A stretch of 64,000 nt of DNA, from contig ONRL01000003.1 of assembly GCA_900320225.1 (NCBI GenBank), positions 48,509 through 112,508 on the forward strand. Reading direction: 5' to 3'. Below the pieces are notes generated by a model that worked only from the letters and a program-made list of their open reading frames with translations, searched no databases and was not told where the DNA came from. This DNA is from an uncultured Lentisphaerota bacterium. GTDB taxonomy: Bacteria > Verrucomicrobiota > Kiritimatiellia > RFP12 > UBA1067. This document shows, piece by piece, positions 9,368 to 17,568 of the stretch (the stretch's first letter is position 1; each line of letters starts with the position of its first letter). The position numbers were made by a program, and so were the translations under genes.

Positions 9368-9557
9368 GGGCAGAAGCGGCAAGAGTGCCGCTTCCCCGAG
9401 GTGCGGTGCGTTGGTGTGCGCGGGCGAGTTCGCCCGCGCTTTTTTTTTGTGGGAGTGGGAGGGCGTGGGAGGGACGTAGGACGTAAGACGTAGGACTTTG
9501 GTTGCTTTGGGGGAGCCCGTAAGGCAAGCCAAAGTCTTACGTCCTACGTCTTACGCC
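9368..9557 (+). repeat. composite intergenic element, copy 2
   Basis: Near-identical to 7941-8130 when aligned by eye. Lies after the GNAT toxin gene. Confidence 0.85.
9418..9448 (+). terminator. intrinsic terminator within composite element copy 2
   Basis: GCGCGGGCG-AGTT-CGCCCGCGC followed by nine T. Confidence 0.8.
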
Positions 9558-9570
9558 CTGAAAGGGGATG

Positions 9571-9630
9571 AGGACAAAGGACAGAGGACAAAAGACAAAG
9601 GATTTAGGACTTCGGACATTGGGACAGAAA
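9571..9630. repeat. GGACARAG-word tract
   Basis: AGGACAAAGGACAGAGGACAAAAGACAAAGG..., the same word family as 16521-17762. Confidence 0.6.
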
Positions 9631-9711
9631 ATAGAAAAGCTTAAGAGAAACATCGAGCTTTATGGCATTTAATCGCAGTTAATTGCATTAATAGCGACAG
9701 GCCGTCGTTTG

Positions 9712-9720
9712 TGCTATAAT
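9712..9720 (+). promoter_or_regulatory. extended -10 promoter (TGcTATAAT) upstream of the Fic gene
   Basis: Perfect TATAAT with TGn, 27 nt before ATG 9748. Confidence 0.5.
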
Positions 9721-9747
9721 ATTGGGCGCTCTAAAAAATAGAAAACC

Positions 9748-11259
9748 ATGGGCAAGAATGGCAGAGATCGACTAGCAGAAGCGCTTGAAGCGTTGAAAAC
9801 GCTTCAAGATCGTGAACCATGCTATGCCATAAAGGGAATGAAAACCCTTGGCGAGGTTAATTCCCGGATGTTGCTGGAAAACGGTTTTCTGGAAGAAGTC
9901 ATAAAAGGCTGGTACATTCCGTCCACGCCTTCGCATGTTGGAACGACAACGACATGGTATGCTTCGTTCTGGGGTTTTGTTGCGGCATATTGTGATTCAC
10001 GTTTTGGCAATGGTTGGACATTGACGCCGGAAGAGTCACTTAGCATATGGAGCGGGGCGAATGTAATCCCCAGCCAGGTAGTCGTTCAGGCGAAGAAAGG
10101 CTCCAACAGCATCCAGCAGCTCATACACGGGCATTCGATTTTCAACTTCACGACTCGAATCCCGGATTGCATTGTCCGTGATCCGACATACGGGCTCAAT
10201 CTGTATCCGCTTGAGATGGCGCTCCTGCGCTGCTCCCCCGATTTCTTTGCGACCCATGCCGAGGAAGTGCGTGCGTGCCTTCATGCGATTGAACCGGGAG
10301 ACGCGCTTTCTTCCGCGGTAGCCGATTATGGCGGCGAGCATGCCAACCGCCTGGTCGGCGCCTTGAGGGCGGTGGGACGGCACGAGGTCGCGGATTTTAT
10401 AGCTGCCGTACTGGAATCAACGGGCCGCCGTCTTGTCGCCGTCAATCCTTTCGTCCGCACATTTGAAACGGTCAGCCTCCCTGAGAGATCTCCACATTCA
10501 TCGCGAATCCGCTTGTTGTGGAGCAAGATGAGGGAAAGGGTCTTGGCGCTGTATCCCGCAGCCGAAAGTGATTTGCCGCGGCCGATTGAAGATGTCTTGA
10601 GGGAACTCGACGAGGGATATGTCGCCGACTCCTACCATTCGTTGTCCATCGAGGGGTATCGGGTGACAGAGGACTTGATACGGCGGATACGCGACGGCGT
10701 CTGGGATCCGGAAGCCCATGCGCAAGACGGCGACCAGCGCACTGCATTGGCGGCATCTGGCTACTATCGTGCCTACCGCAGGGTACGTGCGGACGTTGCA
10801 CGAATCATCTGCGGCGAACATGTCGGCGAAGTCATTTCTTCTTCGCTGGAAGACTGGCACCGCGAACTTTTCATGCCGTGCGTTGATGCCGGACTGATTC
10901 GAAGCGGAGAGCTTTCCGGATATCGACGGACACAGGTTTATATCGCGGGGTCACGTTACACCCCGCCATCTGCAGCCTTGGTCGTCGATTCAATGGAGGC
11001 CTTTCTCGACCTCGTGAAAACGGAGCCGGACCCTCGCGTGCGGGCGATTCTCGGACATTTCTTCTTTGTCCACATACATCCGTATGCAGACGGCAATGGG
11101 CGCACCGCCCGCTTTATCATGAACGTGTCGTTGATTACGTCTGGCTACAAGTGGAAAGTGATTCCAGTTGAACGGCGTGACGACTACATGTCGTCGCTGG
11201 AAAGGGCAAGCGTCACGGGCGAGATCGATGGCTTCGTGAATTTCATAAAAGATTGTTGA
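9748..11259 (+). CDS. Fic-domain protein (class II, with internal inhibitory helix)
   Basis: Canonical Fic motif HIHPYADGNGRTARF, plus an upstream SLSIEG matching the (S/T)xxxE(G/N) inhibitory motif. Confidence 0.85.
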   Translation: MGKNGRDRLAEALEALKTLQDREPCYAIKGMKTLGEVNSRMLLENGFLEEVIKGWYIPSTPSHVGTTTTWYASFWGFVAAYCDSRFGNGWTLTPEESLSIWSGANVIPSQVVVQAKKGSNSIQQLIHGHSIFNFTTRIPDCIVRDPTYGLNLYPLEMALLRCSPDFFATHAEEVRACLHAIEPGDALSSAVADYGGEHANRLVGALRAVGRHEVADFIAAVLESTGRRLVAVNPFVRTFETVSLPERSPHSSRIRLLWSKMRERVLALYPAAESDLPRPIEDVLRELDEGYVADSYHSLSIEGYRVTEDLIRRIRDGVWDPEAHAQDGDQRTALAASGYYRAYRRVRADVARIICGEHVGEVISSSLEDWHRELFMPCVDAGLIRSGELSGYRRTQVYIAGSRYTPPSAALVVDSMEAFLDLVKTEPDPRVRAILGHFFFVHIHPYADGNGRTARFIMNVSLITSGYKWKVIPVERRDDYMSSLERASVTGEIDGFVNFIKDC

Positions 11260-11339
11260 GTTGGTCGGACGGTGGAGGATCGATCCGGTTGCAAGCGGGT
11301 GGTTGAGGAGTCGCGCGAGGTGAAGCGCTACGGCGTGTG

Positions 11340-11483
11340 AGGGGGCGGCGGCGGTCGCAACAAGTTGCGACCCTCCCGGCGCGAGGGGCGGCGCGCTCGG
11401 CGAGCGCGCACTACCATTCGGGGAAGCGGCAAGAGTGCCGCTTCACGGTCGCGCAGGCGCGCGACCCTCCCGGCGCGAGGGGC
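11340..11483. repeat. array of short GC-rich hairpin modules (REP/BIME-like)
   Basis: GGTCGCAAC-AAG-TTGCGACC-CTCCC, GGCGCGCTC/GAGCGCGC, GAAGCGGCA/TGCCGCTTC and GGTCGCGC-AGGC-GCGCGACC-CTCCC. Same module types as at 8131-8420 and as inside CDSs. Confidence 0.7.
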
Positions 11484-11667
11484 GGGCAGAAGCGGCAAGA
11501 GTGCCGCTTCCCCGAGGTGCGGCGCGTTGGTGTGCGCGGGCGGGTTCGCCCGCGCTTTTTTGTGGGGTGTGGGAGGACGTGGACGGACGTAGGACGTAAG
11601 ACGTAGGACTTTGGTTGCTTTGGGGGAGCCCGTAAGGCAAGCCAAAGTCTTACGTCCTACGTCTTAC
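11484..11667 (+). repeat. composite intergenic element, copy 3
   Basis: Near-identical to copies 1 and 2. Lies after the Fic gene. Confidence 0.85.
11534..11561 (+). terminator. intrinsic terminator within composite element copy 3
   Basis: GCGCGGGCG-GGTT-CGCCCGCGC followed by TTTTTT. Confidence 0.75.
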
Positions 11668-11688
11668 CTCCTTTGTTGAATCTGCCAG

Positions 11689-11718
11689 TTGCGCGGCGCG
11701 CGCTGAATATGGTATACT
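11689..11718 (+). promoter_or_regulatory. promoter TTGCGC-18-TGgTATACT
   Basis: -35 TTGCGC at 11689-94, extended -10 at 11710-18. Confidence 0.5.
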
Positions 11719-11767
11719 GTGCACAGCCGAGAAATTTTTAAGGCAAATGAAAAGGAGGAAGATTGGG

Positions 11768-13612
11768 ATGAGACGAGTTTGTTCGCTGTGCGCGTCGGTG
11801 TCTTTTGCATTCCTGTCTGCCGTCGCCGCAGGCCCGACGATTCAGACCGCCGATTTCACGGGTGCGGAGCCGCCTGCCGGGTGGACGGTGGCGAACGGCG
11901 AGTACCGTTCGCCCGAATACGCGGGCGCCGTTGATAAAATCGTCCTTTGTTATGCCGGCTCAGGCGCTTCCGCCTCCGCCACGGTACACGCATTTCCGGC
12001 GAATGAAGAGGGGGTGAACGTTGCAACGTTCACGGCAGCATCCTCTGGCGCGTCGTTCGACTTCCCCGAGTCCACCGCGTTCCGTTCGTTTCGCATCGCC
12101 GCTGCAAACGGCCTTGCGCTCTCGTCTTTCACGGCGTACGTCGCGTCGGATTCGCTGGATGTTCCGTCGGGGGTCTTGATATCGAACAACGTCACGGGCA
12201 CTTCGTTCGACGCCGCGTGGAACGCCGTCGAAGGCGCGACGGGATACCGTGTCTACGTGTGGACGAACGCCGTCACCGGCGCATCGGCGGGAACGACGGT
12301 TTGGCAAGAGACGTTTGCGAACTCCCCCGCGAAGACCACGACGGTCAACTTCAAGGACGAATTCACGGACTACGGTACTTCAGGTTGGGAATACAGCAAA
12401 GCCTACGCCTCGATTTCCTACGGGGCCGTCAGAATCGGCACGACATCCGACAAGGGTTACCTCGTTTCGCCGCCGTTAACGCATGTTTCTGGATCGGGAC
12501 TCGCTCTCCGCATCACGGCGTGGCGGCAGACCACGGGTGATGGAACGGACATGCCTGTCGGCGTGGTGTCCGGCGGGGTGACGAACATCGCGGGTGTCGT
12601 TGCGCTGGGCGATGAGCCCGCCACGATCCATGTGGCCTTGCCGACGTTCAATTCCGGAGACAGAATTGCGATCTTCTCTCCGACGAACAAATCGTCCGCT
12701 CGCGTGATCGTCGATGACGTCGCGGTTCTGTCCGGTTATTCCGCCGGACATCCCGAGCCGTTGTACATCGTCAACGGCCTTGATGTCGGCGCGGCGACCG
12801 CGCATTCGTTCAGCGGACTGCCGCCCGTTCCGGTTTCCTTCGCGGTCGAGGCGTACGGTCGCCGCGGCGTGTCGTCGGAAACGACGGAGGCCGTGGTTGT
12901 CGATCTTGCGAATCCGGACCCGGTTCCCGTCCTGAACGCCTGTCCGATGTCGTCCCTTGCGGGTAACATTTATCACCAGAACTTCAATGGCACCGCGGCG
13001 TTGACGTCCTCGTCGGGCGACAAGGATCTGCTGAACGGCACGACGGTTCTGTACTGGCAGTGGTTCAAGAACGCCTTGGCGGCCGGCACATTCAAGTGGA
13101 ATGCCGGATCGGGCACGACGGGTGGAATCTATGCGCTGGCCACGAATCAGAGCGAGACGGTGCGTTCAATCGGCGCTTATTCGACGAAGGACAACGAGTT
13201 CTCCTTTGGCATTGCGTTTACCAACGACACAGGCAAGGCAATGAAGTTGGTCTCGCTTGCCTATCTCTCGCAGCAGTGGGGATTCAAGAACTCCACCAAC
13301 CAGACGCTTTCGGTCGCCGTCAAGGTTGTGGACAACCTTGACTGGATTTCTGCCTACGTGGATGGTTGGACGGAACTGGCTTCGAAGGAATCCGACGTGT
13401 ATGGCACAGGGGATCCCCACGATACGCCGGTCTCCACGTCCGTCCCGGTCAATCCGGAAGGGGGCATTCCCATCGCCCCCGGTCAGGTGTTGATGCTCAA
13501 GTGGACGATCCATTCGCTGAAGGGCGGTACGCCCGGCATGATGGGCATCGACGACGTGACCGTGACGTTTCAGGGGTCGGTCGGGTTGTCCATCAGGATC
13601 GCCGGTTGGTGA
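11768..13612 (+). CDS. secreted protein with fibronectin type III-like domain, function unknown
   Basis: AAGGAGG SD 9 nt before ATG 11768 and signal-like N-terminus MRRVCSLCASVSFAFLSAVAA. FN3-like segment NVTGTSFDAAWNAVEGATGYRVYVW. The stop codon lies within the hairpin-element flank. Confidence 0.6.
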   Translation: MRRVCSLCASVSFAFLSAVAAGPTIQTADFTGAEPPAGWTVANGEYRSPEYAGAVDKIVLCYAGSGASASATVHAFPANEEGVNVATFTAASSGASFDFPESTAFRSFRIAAANGLALSSFTAYVASDSLDVPSGVLISNNVTGTSFDAAWNAVEGATGYRVYVWTNAVTGASAGTTVWQETFANSPAKTTTVNFKDEFTDYGTSGWEYSKAYASISYGAVRIGTTSDKGYLVSPPLTHVSGSGLALRITAWRQTTGDGTDMPVGVVSGGVTNIAGVVALGDEPATIHVALPTFNSGDRIAIFSPTNKSSARVIVDDVAVLSGYSAGHPEPLYIVNGLDVGAATAHSFSGLPPVPVSFAVEAYGRRGVSSETTEAVVVDLANPDPVPVLNACPMSSLAGNIYHQNFNGTAALTSSSGDKDLLNGTTVLYWQWFKNALAAGTFKWNAGSGTTGGIYALATNQSETVRSIGAYSTKDNEFSFGIAFTNDTGKAMKLVSLAYLSQQWGFKNSTNQTLSVAVKVVDNLDWISAYVDGWTELASKESDVYGTGDPHDTPVSTSVPVNPEGGIPIAPGQVLMLKWTIHSLKGGTPGMMGIDDVTVTFQGSVGLSIRIAGW

Positions 13613-13700
13613 GGACGTAGGACGCAAGACGTAGGACTTTGGTTGCTTTGGGGGAGCCCGTAAGGCAGGCCAAAGTCTTACGTCCTACGTCTTACGTCCT
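13601..13700. repeat. GACGTAR-arm long hairpin, copy 4 (between convergent genes)
   Basis: GGTTGGTGAGGACGTAGGACGCAAGACGTAGGACTTTGG - loop - CCAAAGTCTTACGTCCTACGTCTTACGTCC. Contains the stop codons of both flanking genes. Confidence 0.85.
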
Positions 13701-14868
13701 TTCCAGGACCGTCGCGTAGCGCGGCAATGAGGCGCGTACGGTCGAACAGCTCTTCGGAGAGCTGGCGGGCACGGGCACCGCACGCGGGGCCCGCGCCGCG
13801 TTTGATGAGCTCCGCCATGCGGCGGAAGGCGTCCGCGATGGCGTCGAGGTCGTCCGGAGGCGCCGTCACGCCGAGCTGGTGTTCCTCGATGAGCTCGCGC
13901 GCGTCGCCGAGGAGGATGCCGAGGATCGGCTTGCCGGTCTTGATGTAGCTCTGGAACTTCCCCGGCAGGGTGAGCTGGTATTCCGGCGTGAGGGAGATGA
14001 TGAGCGCGTCCGCCTGCGCGAACCAGCGCGGCATGTCCGCCTTCGGCTGGCGTCCGTGGAACACGGCGCGCGCGCCGGAGGCGGCTGCCTTTTCCTTGAG
14101 GTGCTCGAGCTGCACGCCGCCGCCCACGAAGTGGAGTTCCGCGTCGGGGATGTCCGCGCGGGTGAAGCCCTCGAGGACGTTGTCGAGGTCCTGCGGCACG
14201 CCGAGGTTTCCCGCGAACATGAAGACGAGCCCCGCGTGCGGCGGCGCGGGGGGGAGTTCCATCGGCGCGGGGTCCCACTGCGGCACGAATTCGGCCTCGC
14301 GCCTGCAAAGCTCGCGGATGCGCGGCACGAACCCGCGGCAGCTCACGCAGATGCGGTCGCAGCGCTTGTAGATGCGGCGCACGAACCAGTTGAGGAGCGC
14401 CTCGCGGAAGCGCGTGCGCCGGAAGCCGAACCCCCATACGGCGTCCGGCCAGAGGTCCTGGGTCCAGATCGCGGTGGGCTTGCGCCAGACGGTCTTGAGC
14501 GCGAAGAGGGCGCTCGCCATCGTGAGGGCGGCCGTGTGGTACACGAACACGCGGTCGTACTTGCGCCCGTTCCAGAGCGCCCACCAGAACGTCATCCAGC
14601 CGAAGTGGAGGTAGTTGAGCACCTTGCGCTTCACGCTCGTGTTGTAGCCGAAGATGGTGCTCACGCGGTGGACGGGGATGTCGAGGTACTCGCGCGTGGT
14701 CTGGTAGGCCTTGTTCTTGTAGCCGTCGTAGACGCGGTCGAAGGGGTAGCTGGGCACCTGGGTGAGCACCTCCACCTCGTCGCCGAGTCGTTTCCACTCC
14801 GCGACGAGGTCGTTCACGAGGAAGTCCTCGGGGTAGAACCGCTCGACGATGACCAAGATTTTGCTCAT
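13678..14868 (-). CDS. glycosyltransferase family 4, WcaI-like
   Basis: N-terminus MSKILVIVERFYPEDFLVNDL...QVPSYP is typical of WcaI-type GT4 enzymes. The C-terminal codons and stop lie in the arm of hairpin element 13601-13700. Confidence 0.75.
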   Translation of the reverse strand: MSKILVIVERFYPEDFLVNDLVAEWKRLGDEVEVLTQVPSYPFDRVYDGYKNKAYQTTREYLDIPVHRVSTIFGYNTSVKRKVLNYLHFGWMTFWWALWNGRKYDRVFVYHTAALTMASALFALKTVWRKPTAIWTQDLWPDAVWGFGFRRTRFREALLNWFVRRIYKRCDRICVSCRGFVPRIRELCRREAEFVPQWDPAPMELPPAPPHAGLVFMFAGNLGVPQDLDNVLEGFTRADIPDAELHFVGGGVQLEHLKEKAAASGARAVFHGRQPKADMPRWFAQADALIISLTPEYQLTLPGKFQSYIKTGKPILGILLGDARELIEEHQLGVTAPPDDLDAIADAFRRMAELIKRGAGPACGARARQLSEELFDRTRLIAALRDGPGKDVRRRT

Positions 14869-14878
14869 GGGAGCAAAT

Positions 14879-14887
14879 AGTATAGCA
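14879..14887 (-). promoter_or_regulatory. extended -10 promoter (TGcTATACT on minus strand), 10 nt before ATG 14868
   Basis: Reverse complement of AGTATAGCA. Confidence 0.45.
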
Positions 14888-14902
14888 TATTTCGGGGGGA
14901 TG

Positions 14903-14968
14903 GAGGACGTGGGACGTAAGACGTAGGACTTTGGCTGCTTTGGGTGAGCCCGTAAGGCGGGCCAAAGG
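14903..14968. repeat. GACGTAR-arm hairpin, copy 5a (left arm plus loop only)
   Basis: Left arm and conserved loop are present; the right arm is replaced by GGCTAAGCGG leading into copy 5b. Confidence 0.7.
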
Positions 14969-14970
14969 CT

Positions 14971-15070
14971 AAGCGGTTGGTGAGGACGTGGGACGTAGGA
15001 CGTAGGACTTTGGCTGCTTTGGGGGAGCCCGTAAGGCGAGCCAAAGTCTTACGTCTTACGTCCTACGTCC
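14971..15070. repeat. GACGTAR-arm long hairpin, copy 5b
   Basis: Shares the GGTTGGTGAGGACGT left flank with copy 4, and has full arms and loop. Confidence 0.85.
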
Positions 15071-15108
15071 TTGTCCCACGGTCCCACGCCTTTCCTAAAA
15101 GTTACCCC

Positions 15109-15137
15109 TTGCGCATGCCAATGGGGTGTGATAAACT
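15109..15137 (+). promoter_or_regulatory. promoter TTGCGC-17-TGaTAAACT driving the structured RNA and RNA ligase
   Basis: -35 at 15109-14, extended -10 at 15129-37. Confidence 0.45.
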
Positions 15138-15143
15138 AAGCCC

Positions 15144-15422
15144 ACCTGCCCGGAATTGATGCCGTCGATGCGGCTATACGGGGGCAGGCGTCCGGACGGG
15201 ACCCATGCCTGGCGTGCATGGGATCCTCTTGGGCCGGGTAGCGAGTTCATCCGCTGAAAAACGCGGATTGCCCGAAAGGGTTGGCGAGGCAGGGCCTATT
15301 CCTGACCATGCAGAGCTGTTTCTGCGTGGGGTTACTGCTGGTGCGGCGTCACTGTCGAGTGGCGAGGATGCCGCATGGCGGCCGCAAGGCCGTTTCAACA
15401 GAGTAACGACAGGAGTATCTCA
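15144..15422 (+). ncRNA. candidate structured leader or ncRNA upstream of RNA ligase
   Basis: Promoter 15109-15137 predicts a TSS near 15144. No credible ORF. Nested helices and two GNRA tetraloop hairpins are visible (CCC-GAAA-GGG 15271-15280; GGCC-GCAA-GGCC 15380-15391), along with a long-range pair GTTACT 15331-36/AGTAAC 15402-07. Confidence 0.35.
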
Positions 15423-16520
15423 ATGAGAAAACTGGCATCCCTGGTGGAGATCGCCTCGTGCGATCCCATCCCCGATACGGAACGGCTTTCCGTGGCAACA
15501 ATGAAAGGCAAGGGCTGGCGCGTAGTCACCGGCCGCGGCGAATTCGCGTCCGGCGACAAAGCGGTATACTTCGAAATCGACAGTTATCTTCCGCCGGACG
15601 ATGAACGCTTTGCGTTCCTCCGTGAACGGTGCCTTCGCAAGTTCGTGTCAAAGAGCGGCAGCGTGCTGCGCGAGGGGTTCCGTATCAAGACGGCGAAACT
15701 TCGCGGCGTCGTGTCGCAGGGGCTACTCATGCCTCTCGCGGCTTTCCCCGAGGCAAATGGGCTGGAGGTGGAGGCGGACCTGACCGATCTGCTGAAAGTC
15801 GACCACTACGACGAAGTGAAGGAACAGCTTCAGCCCGCCATGGGGAATCCGCTGAACTCCGACGCGATGGGGGCGTTCCCATCGTACATTCCAAAGAGCG
15901 ACGAGGAACGGCTTCAGGGGTTGACCGAGTACTTCACGTCGCTGAAGGGGCGCCGCTTTGAGATCACGGCGAAGGACGACGGTTCGTCCGCGACGATGTT
16001 CTTCTCGCCGACGATCGATCCCGAGGAACCGTTCGGTGTCTGTTCGCGGAACCTGCGTCTGAAGCGTCCGGTGGAAGGGGGCGTCGTCTCGGCGTTCTGG
16101 CAGACTGCCGTGAAATACGACATCGAGGCGAAGCTCAGGAAGTTCTTCGAGGAATCGCACCTTGAAATCGCCTTGCAGGGCGAATTGGTCGGCCCTGGGA
16201 TCAACGCCGACCGGGACCGTTATTCGGAATACGAATTCCACGTCTTCAGGATCTGGGACGTGTGCGCGCAGCGTTTCATGATGCCGCGCGACCGCGTGGC
16301 GTTCTGCGCGAAGTTCGCGATCCCGCATGTACAGGTGCTGCACGAGGATTTCCCGTTCTTTGACAAGGTCACGACGATGGACGCCGCGCTCAAGTTCGCC
16401 GAGGGCAAGACCCTGCGGGGCAACGAGCGCGAGGGGATCGTGCTGAAGGCTTCTGATGGGCTTGACGACACGCACTTCAAGGTCGTGTCGAACAGGTACT
16501 TGCTGAAGCAGCAGGATTGA
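15423..16520 (+). CDS. ATP-dependent RNA ligase, Rnl5/DRB0094 (DraRnl-like) family
   Basis: N-terminal OB-like module (VEIASCDPIPDTERLSVATMKGKGWRVVTGRGEFASGDKAVYFEIDS) followed by nucleotidyltransferase motif I AKDDGSS. AGGAG lies 7 nt before ATG 15423. Confidence 0.75.
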   Translation: MRKLASLVEIASCDPIPDTERLSVATMKGKGWRVVTGRGEFASGDKAVYFEIDSYLPPDDERFAFLRERCLRKFVSKSGSVLREGFRIKTAKLRGVVSQGLLMPLAAFPEANGLEVEADLTDLLKVDHYDEVKEQLQPAMGNPLNSDAMGAFPSYIPKSDEERLQGLTEYFTSLKGRRFEITAKDDGSSATMFFSPTIDPEEPFGVCSRNLRLKRPVEGGVVSAFWQTAVKYDIEAKLRKFFEESHLEIALQGELVGPGINADRDRYSEYEFHVFRIWDVCAQRFMMPRDRVAFCAKFAIPHVQVLHEDFPFFDKVTTMDAALKFAEGKTLRGNEREGIVLKASDGLDDTHFKVVSNRYLLKQQD

Positions 16521-16627
16521 GGACAGAGGACAGAAGACGGAGGACAGAGGATGACAGGACAAAGGACCTTGGACAATGGGACGCGCGAAGCGACGGGTCT
16601 TTGTCTTTTGTCTTTCGTCCTCTGTCC
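16521..16627. repeat. long imperfect hairpin with GGACARAG-word arms, 'empty' copy
   Basis: GA-rich left arm 16521-16568, loop TTGGACAATGGGACGCGCGAAGCGACGGG 16569-16597, CT-rich right arm 16598-16627. Confidence 0.75.
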
Positions 16628-16638
16628 TAAAACGAGAA

Positions 16639-16758
16639 AGGACAAAGGACAGAAGACGGAGGACAAAAGATGTTAGGACAAAGGACAGAAGACGGAGGAC
16701 AAAAGATGTTAGGACAAAGGACAGAAGACGGAGGACAAAGGATGTTAGGACAAAGGAC
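16639..16758 (+). repeat. 36-bp tandem repeat (3.3 copies) of GGACARAG words
   Basis: AGGACAAAGGACAGAAGACGGAGGACAAAAGATGTT at 16639, 16675 and 16711, with a partial fourth copy running into the loop motif at 16760. Confidence 0.85.
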
Positions 16759-17542
16759 TTTGGACAATGGGACGCGCGAAGCGACGGGATCATTCCGGAT
16801 CATTGGCCATTATGGCGGGTATCGGAAGATGTACTCCTTCGGGTTCACGTGTCTCGTGTACCACGCAACGACGTTATTCTGCAAGCGCAACTTCAACTAC
16901 AGGAACGACGCTCTCGGCAAGACCGTGGGACAGATGGTCGGTGCCGCTCGGAGTGCGCGCCAGAACATCGTCGAGGCGTCGAGCCGCGCTGCGACGTCCA
17001 AGGAGCAGGAGCTACGACAGCTAGATGTCGCGAAGGGCTCGCTTGACGAGTTGGCCGGCGACTACGAAGTGTTCCTCGTGGATGCGGGCGAGGCGCCGTG
17101 GTCGCAGTCCGACGAACGTTATCAGACGGTCAAGGCGCTGAAACTGGACGCCTTCGACGCAACGGACGATCTTGACCATGAGTTCGGGGAATACATTCTG
17201 GCGATGCGACGGCGCTGTGCCGAGTGGCTTGAGAACGAAGACCCTCTTGTCGCTGCGAATGCCATCCTGATCACGATCCGCAGGGCCGCCGCGTTTTTGA
17301 AGGGCCAGATGGACAAGACGGCCGATGCGTTTCTTGAAGAAGGCGGTTTCACCGAACGGATGAGCCGTGCGCGAATCGTGGCACGTGACGAGAAGACGCG
17401 CGCGAACCATGGCGACACGCCGAAATGTCCGCGCTGCGGACGCAATCTCCGCAAGATGGTGGCACGCAAGGGCCGCAACGCGGGGAACGAGTTCTGGGGA
17501 TGTTCCGGCTATCCAGAGTGCGACTTCACGCGGAACGTGTGA
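16742..17542 (+). CDS. four-helix-bundle protein (23S rRNA IVS-protein family, suffix-domain type) fused to a C-terminal topoisomerase-type C4 zinc ribbon
   Basis: GGYRKMYSF...GQMVGAARSARQNIVEASSRAATSKEQELRQLDVAKGSLDELAGDYEVFL matches the four-helix-bundle family pattern. The C-terminus CPRCGRNLRKMV...FWGCSGYPECDF is a Topo-type Zn ribbon. The start is uncertain because the N-terminal codons lie in 36-bp tandem repeats. Confidence 0.6.
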   Translation: MLGQRTLDNGTREATGSFRIIGHYGGYRKMYSFGFTCLVYHATTLFCKRNFNYRNDALGKTVGQMVGAARSARQNIVEASSRAATSKEQELRQLDVAKGSLDELAGDYEVFLVDAGEAPWSQSDERYQTVKALKLDAFDATDDLDHEFGEYILAMRRRCAEWLENEDPLVAANAILITIRRAAAFLKGQMDKTADAFLEEGGFTERMSRARIVARDEKTRANHGDTPKCPRCGRNLRKMVARKGRNAGNEFWGCSGYPECDFTRNV

Positions 17543-17568
17543 ACCGCGGCAAGGCGCTGGCTCTCCGG

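Noticed and set aside
7941-15070. Integron cassette array, with the hairpin elements acting as attC sites.
   Set aside because: No intI-type integrase or attI is in the window, and I see no GTTRRRY/RYYYAAC core sites at element ends. Units have their own promoters and one is on the opposite strand. Kept only as an analogy.
15144-15422. Known housekeeping RNA (tmRNA, RNase P RNA, SRP RNA, 6S) or a tRNA.
   Set aside because: No GGGGCTGA-type tmRNA 5' end or tag ORF, no GAGGAAAGTCC RNase P motif, no SRP domain IV motif and no tRNA cloverleaf or T-loop GGTTCGA anywhere in the window. Identity remains open.
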